Positions 54,661 to 64,000 of a stretch of DNA of 64,000 nt are shown piece by piece. Below the pieces are notes generated by a model that had not been told where the DNA came from, ran no database searches, and worked only from the letters and a program-made list of their open reading frames with translations. Both the position numbers and the translations under genes were made by a program. The stretch lies in the NCBI GenBank assembly GCA_964016885.1, contig OZ024742.1:49662001-49726000 (forward strand). The letters are read 5' to 3'. The DNA is from Eledone cirrhosa (taxonomy: Eukaryota). Within the stretch, counting starts at the first letter, position 1, and the number at the start of each line of letters is the position of its first letter.

Positions 54661-57457
54661 TTCACTTGTAGGACATCACTGTCCAGTCAGTTCATTTGCT
54701 TTCCTTCTCAATATTTGCAACAATCTGCAACCATATTTACATTTGTCAGATAGTCATCTATTTCCTCTCTATTTTCTTCATTTTATGCAACTCCTATTCA
54801 GATTATTAGAATTCTTCATACATATCCATTCGATCTTATAGACTGTATTGAACCAATTTTGCTGATTCTAGTTTCCATGGGCAGGAGTGTTTTAATTTGT
54901 TAATTCAAATTGTTCTCTCTTATTTCACAAATTCTATTTTGTTAAGAGAAGCCTACTCAAATTACCAAATTCTGAACTGATGAAGTTGGTATAAGTAGAA
55001 CTGAAAATTGTTACAGCAAACACTTGTTGAGGTCTTTTGACTTTTATTGAAGTGTAATTTATTGAAACATTGCATTACTAATGTCCAGCATTCCCAAAAT
55101 CAAGTAGTTGTAGTCGTTTGTTACTGTTGTTAATCATGCATTGATTTACTTGCCTGACAAGCAGATTAATAGATTCTTTAATTAGCTGGTGTAGAGACAT
55201 ATTGTAAAAAATCCCTTCATTAATGGTACTGATATTTCAAAGTATCTTATATAGCATTAGAATTATTAGAAGTTTAATCTGTTCTTAGAAGAGAAATGTT
55301 TATCAAAGGGATTAGCTTGGACTGAGAGTCTAAAACCACGTCTAATGAGACAGCTCTTTATTCTAAATATACCTGGTTTGAGAATTAACAAAGTTCAAAC
55401 TAAAGCTATATAGTTAAACCTAATAGTTAAATGATCAAGGATAATTAAAAATCAATGCTCGCATGTGTGTAATTATATTTCACTATGTAAGCATTTTTAT
55501 ATATCTACTTGATTAGGTATGTATATAAGTATGCATGTATATATGTTTATGTGTGTGTATGCATGTGTTGGTATATGTGAGTAGTGTTGGATTTATATTT
55601 GTTTTAGTATTATATGATCAGGATTAATTAAAAATCAATTTATGTATGTATGCTTGTATGAAGATAAATCTATTCATTTGTCTGTTTACTTGTCATTTTC
55701 TATATGTCTGATGTGTAAGTGAATGTTTCTATAGCATATACATTTACTTATACATATCCTTTTACAAGCATTTGTAGCAATGTGTATTTGGTTTATTACA
55801 TTTATTTCAATTACATCTGTATGTCTGCATTCACTTGTATATCCATCAATGTGAATGTGTGTGAATGTTCACATATTAGTTTATATATGTATTTGAGTTC
55901 AATATGAGTAAAATTGTCAAGAAACTTAGCTTAAGCTGATCAGCTCAGTGGGAGAGAAACAAGAGACATTACAGTTGAGAACTCTGTCTTCTTTAGTTCA
56001 TTCAAATAGAAGTTGGCTTATATATTTGTCCGAATATTTGCTGCAGATCAATAAACTTCCTCTGTGTATATGTAGTAGTTCTCTATACATTGCCTCCACA
56101 TGTAATATGTATGCATTTCTGTATGTACCAAAATATCAAGGGATAAATGATTAAATCAATCATGACCTGCTTTCATTGGCAGATTCTTTAGAATATTTCG
56201 TGACAACATTATAAGGATTATAGAAGAAAGAGATATCTGACAAGAGCTCACTGAAAAGACACAAATTTGCTTCCTTGTCAAGACTGACTTTATATAAAGC
56301 AACTTTTTATCCTTCCCTATTGACATTTAATCTAATAGATGCCAGTTGATCATTTACAGCTTTAAACTTTCATTTCAAACCTCTTCCATTTTTCTTCCGT
56401 AAACTTGGTACATTCCTCTCTGAATCTTCTCAATCTAATTGATTCTTGACATTACTTTATTCAAATGCAATCATTTGAAAGATTTGATTGGCTTATTTAT
56501 GCTTTATTTTATGAAAATGAAATGAATATATATATATATATCATCAACATCATTACCATTTAACGTTTGGGAGGAGGTGGTAGTAAAGTATCTTGACCCA
56601 AATCAAAAGACTACTGTCTCAGATAAATATTATTACTACTATATATTCTTTATTAATTAGATTTGTCCGTAGACAACTATACAATGTTTATTTGATATCA
56701 ATAGTGGGAACAGAATAACTGGAAGGTTCAGCACTATACTTCATAATCATAAGGTTCAGGTTTAATCATCCTGTTTGGCATCTTGCATATGTGTCATTTG
56801 CCATAGCTGTAAGTTGACATGTTTTGTGAGTGAAATTGGGTAGAGAGAACCGATTTGAAAAATTGTTGAATGGATTGTACTTGTAATTCAAAGCATTGTC
56901 AAACAATCTATCACCCAAACTCTCCCGTGAGAATTTCATTAAAGGTGCACTTGAACTACCCTTATATATGGAAAAAAATGGTCTCTAGATAACTGACCAA
57001 TTTTCTTGATCTCTAAAAGTATTTTACTTCATTTTCTGAAGTTAGTATTTATAATGCTAGACTGTTTTTACAGTTATTCTCTGTATCTGCTTTCCAACAT
57101 TTTAAAATGTATATACGTATATATATATATATATATATATGATTATCATCATTTTATGTCCTCTGTTTTATACATTTGTTGGGTGGGTTCTTTCCAGTAT
57201 AGCATCCCTCAACATATTATGTTCCTTCACCATCTCTCTGAGCTTCAGTTAATTTTTTATCCACCCTCACCACCTCCAGCCGAGGTCTTACTAGATCCTT
57301 CTCTAGTGAGGATTCTCTCCACTGGGATTTCTAGGTAATTCTTCACACAGTGATCATCATCTGCTGCTAATTAAGTCATCTAGATAGCAAAAGCTATCAA
57401 TCATGTCTATGGATCGTTCCTGTGACTGGAAAAGGTTAATATCATTAGCACACTTCC

Positions 57458-57645
57458 TGGGATTGGCAGTATCAATAGAAGGTCGAACGTCAAGCTTTGC
57501 AGCATAGAGTTACGCCCCTTTATAGTCTGAGTTCAAATCACGCTGAGGTTCACTTTGCCTTTCATCCTTATGGGGTTGATAAAATAAAGTACCAGTAATG
57601 TACAGGGATAATTGCTAGCCTTGTGCTAAAAGTAGAAACAATTAT
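57458..57645 (+). mobile_element. Young Nin/Deu-like SINE
   Basis: Head ggattggcagtatc, B box GAGTTCAAATC, core and tail gtgctaaaagtagaaacaattatt. Confidence 0.85.
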
Positions 57646-59702
57646 TGATGGATGTGAGAATGAGTAATGAATACCAAAGTAGAAGTTTTGATATTCATTT
57701 ATTATGGCTAAGTGATGTGCCTTAATACTTTGGAGTTTCACCTGTATGCATATGTGCATCCAAAATGGCTGCTTATAAATATATATATACATTAGATTCA
57801 TACAATTTCTATCTGTTTGTTTCACTCTCAAAAACTGGTCACTCTGTTTCGATAGTAGAAGTCACTTACTCAGGGATAGAAAAAGAAACCATGTGGTTTG
57901 ATTAATCAAACAAACTCTTTCTCCACCCAGCCATGTCTACTAAAATAACTACTGAATTGTTATTAGCAGTTTAATTACATTGTTTTTAATACAATACACT
58001 AACTTTTAATTAAAGTAGAATTTGAAAAGACTTACTGATATTATTTTCTAATTAAGATGGGTTTGTAACATAACAAATTGTTCATGTATGCTAGGAGATT
58101 TTCATTTAAATAGAAACCTTTTAAAACGAGTGGTTTTGTTTCATAGGACCAGATGCAGTTTTAGACTGATGGTATTAAAAGGGTTTGGCATTCCACTCTC
58201 CAATTTGAGACAGGAAAGGGAATAAAGGAAACAGACACACTGACAGGTTCACCTACATCTATATCATAGATTACCCTATATTGTACCTGGAAAATGCTTG
58301 TTCTCAAATTAGATACTTAAATGTGTATTTTCTGTTAATTATTTTGTATTTATAAGTATGCTATTTTTATCTCAACAAGTTAATCTTGTTCCTACTTATT
58401 ACAGAAGTCATGTTACACACCAAGGATTCCATATTTACAAACAACAGTATTGTTGACAAAACAAAAATTGATTTAAAAAGCATTGTTTAAGCTGAAGAAA
58501 AGGGATTTTTATTAAAGTCAACCAGATAAAATAATCGATACAAATAAAATATTTAAATATATCACAAATAACGTTATTTAACCCATATTTTTGTCTTTTT
58601 CTGTGAAGTTAATGGGATGCATGCCTTCCCTGCTATTTAGACATCAGTCTATTGAAGGTAACATTTTAAAAGATGTTTAACTTTTAGTCTAATAGCTAGG
58701 TGGACTAAGACATGCAGAGTAAAGTGTCCTATCCCAGAAACCTAGAATGACACATGCATCAGATTAAAAGACACAATAGTTGATAGTGTAATGTGTTATT
58801 TACTCAACCATATTACTTCTACATGCCACAAGAAAAGGTCCAATATTTTTCGCTACAACCGTAAATTACTGTATTTGTTTATTGTTTTACTTGTTTTAGT
58901 CAGCAGACTGTGGCCATACAGTGACAGCACCTTCATTTAATCAATCATATTGACTTTATCTTTTAAGACTTGTACTTATTTTATCGATTCTGTTTTTGTC
59001 ATACTACTAAGTTACTCTGCATAAAGAAAGACACCCACAAACATAAATACAAACACAATCAGAGATTAACAAATATACATATACGCCATTTTCTGAAATT
59101 TCATCCAACAATAATTGTTGTTTTTAAAGTGAAAGTGAAGATCTGGACGATGGTAAATCACTGGATTATTTCTTTTTGTTTTTGCCACAAACTTTCTTCG
59201 AAGTTGTGACAGAAGAGACTAATTTGATATGCCTAACAGCAGATTTCAAATCGAGGAAAACCCGATCTGTTATGGCGATCAACAGATGCTGCAGAAATGC
59301 AAGCATTTTTTACCATAAATATTATGTTCAGTATAAAACAATGTTTAAGACTGTGGAATTACTGGAGCACTGATATAAGGTTTAGTGACACTTATATATC
59401 AAGTATTATGCTGAAAACAAGGTATTTAAAATTAAACCAGCATTTGCACCAGGTTGATACTTCAAATGCCACCATTAATTAATTTCGCCTGCTCATAAAA
59501 GTCAAATTTAACAAGAAAATCAGGTAAAAATAAATAATTGTAAACTATTGATATTTAAACATCTACTGACAAAATGTCAAGTCTGCACATAGAACATTAA
59601 GAAAATTACAAACAAATAAATTTGATAACCCTCTTGAGTACGATTAACTGAAAATAATGTGAATAGATAAACATGACATTTGACAAATTAATGTGAATGC
59701 TA

Positions 59703-59893
59703 ACGGCCATATCCAGCCAAAATTCTCTCACCTCTTTCTGTTCAAACCGACTGTAACCGGCCGCTCATACTGATGTTAAGGTATTGTTTTCAAAATAAAT
59801 ATATCAAAATCTCATTGATTCGATATTATGTGAGGTAAAGCCTTTACAATGAAAGTATAATACTAAATATAGGGTAATGTAAATTCTAAAGGG
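59703..59893. mobile_element. Second, inverted and partial copy of the piggyBac-type MITE at 41084-41304
   Basis: Internal sequence is the reverse complement of 41084-41290; ends TAAATTCTAAAGGG|TTAA. Confidence 0.75.
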
Positions 59894-60477
59894 TTAAATC
59901 TACTCCACTACTTAACTTGTACTTTATTATATCGAAGCTGGAAAAACGAAAGGCTCTGTTGACCTCTGCAAGAGTTGAACTGAAATAGTAAAAGAGCCAG
60001 AACAAATACTGCAATGGCATTTTATCTGATAATGTTCCAATGTTGTCAACCCACTAATATTGCTACTCTAATATTTACACAGCTATAGAATTCCCACTGT
60101 TATCCTTAATACATGAATAGGCAGTTCTTAGAAGATCAGACAGAATGCTTTGTGCTATTCTTTCTGACCCTCTGCTCTCTAAGTTTAAAAGTTGCTAAGA
60201 TCAGCTGTGTCTGTCATACTTTAAGGTTGAGAAAAAATTGCGCGTTAAGTACTGGTGTCACTTCTTTCTTTATATCTTTTTTTCACTTCCTCTCTATCAG
60301 TTTCTTTCTCCACTCTGAAAACAATTGGCTGCGTTCATATATGGAAAGCAGTTGAGTTTTACGAAGTTTAAAAAACATCACAAAAATACACAGTTTGACA
60401 TGACAGTGCATCTACCATTCTACCAGGAGTTAGATAGCCATATATATATATATATATATATCAACATTCATATTCAT

Positions 60478-60692
60478 TTAGAATTGCCACTCTAATACAG
60501 AATTTCCACTCATATGATGGTGCATCTATAGATTTTCTACTCTTACATTGATATATCTATAGAATTAATACTCTCATGCTGGTATACCTATAAAATTATT
60601 ACTCTAGTATTGACACATTTACTGACTTGTTCTACTAGCATTGACACATCTACAGAATTGCAGCTTTGTCATCAATATATCTATAGAATTAC
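60478..60692. repeat. Degenerate ~30 bp minisatellite, about 7 units
   Basis: Recurring ttgatatatctatagaatt..tactct unit. Confidence 0.65.
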
Positions 60693-61033
60693 TGGCCTAT
60701 TTCTCCCCCCCCCCCCCCTCACTTATCTCTCTGGTTTATAATTTATAAGAATTCCGTCATTGAACTAGCTTAGTCATTCTCTTCTAAGAAATATTTTACA
60801 CCTTTTATATAACTGAATGAATGTGTAAGACTGTGGATTTAATGACACCATCAACTGTGTGTATGTACACATGAATTTATCTCTATATGTATTCATGTGA
60901 TTAAGAAGAATTTCACAAGTATGTATAATAACCATGGGTGCATTCTTTTAGTGACAGGAAGATATATTGACATATGCACTTAGTTATCCATTTATATATG
61001 TGTGTGTGTATATATGTAAGTATGTATACAGGC

Positions 61034-61066
<33 letters not shown>

Positions 61067-61679
61067 TACACACACGTGTGTGCATCTTGTTCAAATGGTA
61101 TTTTCATATTTGTGTAATATTTATGAATATAGTCTTGCACTTAAGCATGTAAAACATGCTTATTCACACAGACATTGGCATTCATATACTTACCTATCAG
61201 TGAGTATATGGGGGTTTAAATATTAGCATGTATGTGTTATTTTATCATACATATGCTTACACACAGGACTAGTGTATGAAACACTTGATTTACACACACA
61301 CACACGCACACATATATATATATATTTAGAAATGGTATGCTAAAATACCAGGTGGGCCATAACCCACCAGTGTACTCGATACTTGGGGTAGTAGAGTGGG
61401 TAATAGGAAAAGATTCAGGACTCTGACAGCTGAGCTCTGGCCATTCTCTGTGTTGGGTTTCAATATTTTTTATTATTCCCCAGTTCAGCAGCCAGTACGT
61501 TAAAGAAAATTGATAGTTGCAACAATAAAGGCATGAACAGAGAACACATTTTTTAACAAACTTTACAATAATTTGTACAACCATAATGGAAATTCCAAGT
61601 AACAGAAAATACATAAGTTACATTGTTAGAGCCTCAGAGTATACAATATTTTTTGTTCACATTTATTATTATTATTAAT

Positions 61680-61866
61680 TGGATTGGCAGTATCGGTAGA
61701 GGGTTGGGCGCTATGCTTTGCAGCAAAGAGTTACAGCCCTTTATGGTCTGAGTTCATATCCCGCTGAGATTAACTTTGCCTTTCATCCTTACGGGGTCGA
61801 TAAAATAAAGTACCAGTAATACAGTGGGATAATTGCTGGCCTTGTGCCAAAAGTAGAAACAATTAT
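61680..61866 (+). mobile_element. Young Nin/Deu-like SINE
   Basis: Close match to 57458-57645 and to the reverse complement of 40145-40329. Confidence 0.85.
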
Positions 61867-63267
61867 TAATTATATATATATAAATATATATAATTAATTA
61901 TTGAGAGGGCGTGCTGTATCTTTGCATTGAATTAATTAAAAGTTGGTTAGAAGCGAAGCCAATGCAGACAGGCAGCCAAACAGACATATTATAGGCGTGC
62001 AACGTTATAGCTATCTATTAATGCAGACAGCCAGACAAACAGAGACATATTATAAGGGTTCGACGTTATAGCTATGTATCTATCTAAAAATACAGACTAA
62101 GAAAGAGAGAGGAATGTCATATAACCAGAAGTCTTGACATTTGAAACTTTTAAAGAAGTGAATATTTAAATAAACGATAAAATATCTTTAATCTTTTAAC
62201 GAAATTTAGAAGACAAAGATACACACACTTTCTTAATTGGAAAAAGTTACATCTATGGTGCACATTTGGTGCTTTTTGGTCCAGCCTTTTGGCGAAAAGT
62301 TTGTTACACACATACAGCCATCAGCTTTATAGTATATGTATATATATATATGAAGGAATTGTCCATGTACTTGTCTCGTTTGCATTTTCTCTTTCCTATA
62401 ATTCACCCTATAATTGTAATGATATTTTGATTGTAACCACACAGCTTAATTTTTAAACCAAACTGTTGTTTACTACTGCTGTCCACTCTATCTCTCTCTA
62501 TTTCTCTTCCTCTCTCCATCTAACTATCTCTATTTCTCCCTCTATATCCATCTACCTATCTTTTTTCTCCCTCTCCCTCAATCCTTAATACTGCTATACC
62601 TTTCAAAACCCTTGTCTCAGCCTTATGCGATTTAGCACCAACCTAGCTATTCATCTTTGCCATTTTTCTCCAATTAGTTCTAGTTCTAGGGCTGACTGCT
62701 CGAACAAGTATTAACTTAATTCATTCCTTCATATCTACTATGGTTACCTAGCCCTTATTCATGTTGCTTTCAATTGTAGCAATTTTCTTGTCCCATGTCA
62801 GTACGTAGTTATTTCTTCTTGTTTTGTTTTATCTTTTGTCCAACATCAGTTGTATTCTAATTCTAAATAACTACCCATGGATAACTCCATCGTTTCTATT
62901 GATGCACTGGGGTGAATAGTCCCATCTTATTAAGCATCCTGAACTATAATGATCCCCAGAAAGACATCAGATGAGCAGGAATTGTCCATGTACCTGTCTC
63001 TTCTGTGTTTTCTCTTTCCTATATTTCTCCCACATGTTTTTTAATGTATATGTATGTACTCATGAAAAACAAGAGTCTAGCATTCTGTTGTTTTTATTAA
63101 ATATTTAACTCCATTCCAACACCAGCCATAAGATACCACATCTATGATGAATGATTTTCATAATGTTGAGTGCTCTAATTTATTGCATCATCATTTACTA
63201 ACTGGAATCCCCAGTTCTGCCCATTGGTAAACAACTTATATATATATATACTAAGTTGATTACCAAT

Positions 63268-63724
63268 GGGCAGGCCCAAGAAGAATTGGGATGAGGTGAT
63301 AAAAGCCGACCTTAACCAATTGCACCTCTCAAAGGTGATGACACACGACCGTGACCTCTGGCGTCACACAGTAATACAGATGACCTGATCCCCCCACGGG
63401 TACAAGCCGAAGCTGATGCATATAGACAATATGCCTCCACCCCCTCCCACTGCAAAGTGGTCATGGAGGTGCCACAGCAAAAAAGCACCCCGCCCTCACT
63501 GTAAAGTGGACGTGTAGGTGCCACGGAAAAAAAGCACCCAGCTCACTGTAAATGAGGTTGGTGTTAGGAAGGGCATCCAGCTGTAGAAATCAAGCCAGAA
63601 TCAGTTCCCGTATGAGCAAAACACGGTCAGCCGACCAGCTACTGCCCACAACAGGACAACCCGTCTAACCCATGCTAGCGTGGAAGAACGGACGTAAAAC
63701 GGTGATGAGGATGATGATGATGAT
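63268..63724 (+). mobile_element. RTE LINE 3' end (family B-like) with tandem structured 3' UTR modules and (GAT)n tail
   Basis: GRPKKNWDEVIKADL, then a 3' UTR matching the reverse complement of 50985-51430. Confidence 0.85.
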
Positions 63725-64000
63725 ATATATATTCATATATATATGCATTTAAATACATATATACATAAAAAATTGGTGCCGGAGCAAAATTAGTATGTAC
63801 AGGTATCAGCATCATCATTATTATCATCAGTTAATGTGCTAGCAGGGGTTGGTTGGGTACAAACTAAGTCAGTACATAATTAGAGTCACTGATCTTTCAA
63901 GGGGCACATATATGGACATACCCCTCACACACACACAAAAAAAAAAGAAAATAGTGCACATTAATTTTAATCTACAAGATTGTATGTATATATATATATA

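Noticed and set aside
60478-60692. Regularly spaced ~30 bp repeats as a CRISPR array
   Set aside because: Contiguous degenerate units with no unique spacers, no cas genes and a eukaryotic context.

Overview
AT-rich animal genomic DNA. The SINE/LINE repertoire and dense (TA)n/(CAT)n microsatellites suggest an octopus-like cephalopod; this is inference, not a database result. The only host coding sequence I can support is one symmetric phase-1 Ig-domain exon (28732-29022, +, ZIG-8/Dpr-like), so the window is probably mostly intron of a large Ig-superfamily gene. The rest is mobile DNA: a gag-like ORF1 with a CCHC knuckle, R4/Dong RLE-type LINEs inside (TAA)n, RTE LINEs (with a PHD-type finger in ORF2), two tRNA-derived SINE groups, piggyBac-type MITEs and a possible non-autonomous Helitron. 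The most striking signal is a set of short non-coding, (TA)n-bounded elements carrying type I hammerhead ribozyme motifs of the Penelope/retrozyme kind. Several are fold-back inverted repeats, including a ~1.2 kb nested palindrome whose hammerheads carry a compensatory U3-A8 core pair. RTE 3' UTRs and their partner SINEs also share a tandem H-type pseudoknot module with covariation. Coordinates were counted by eye and repeat boundaries are approximate.
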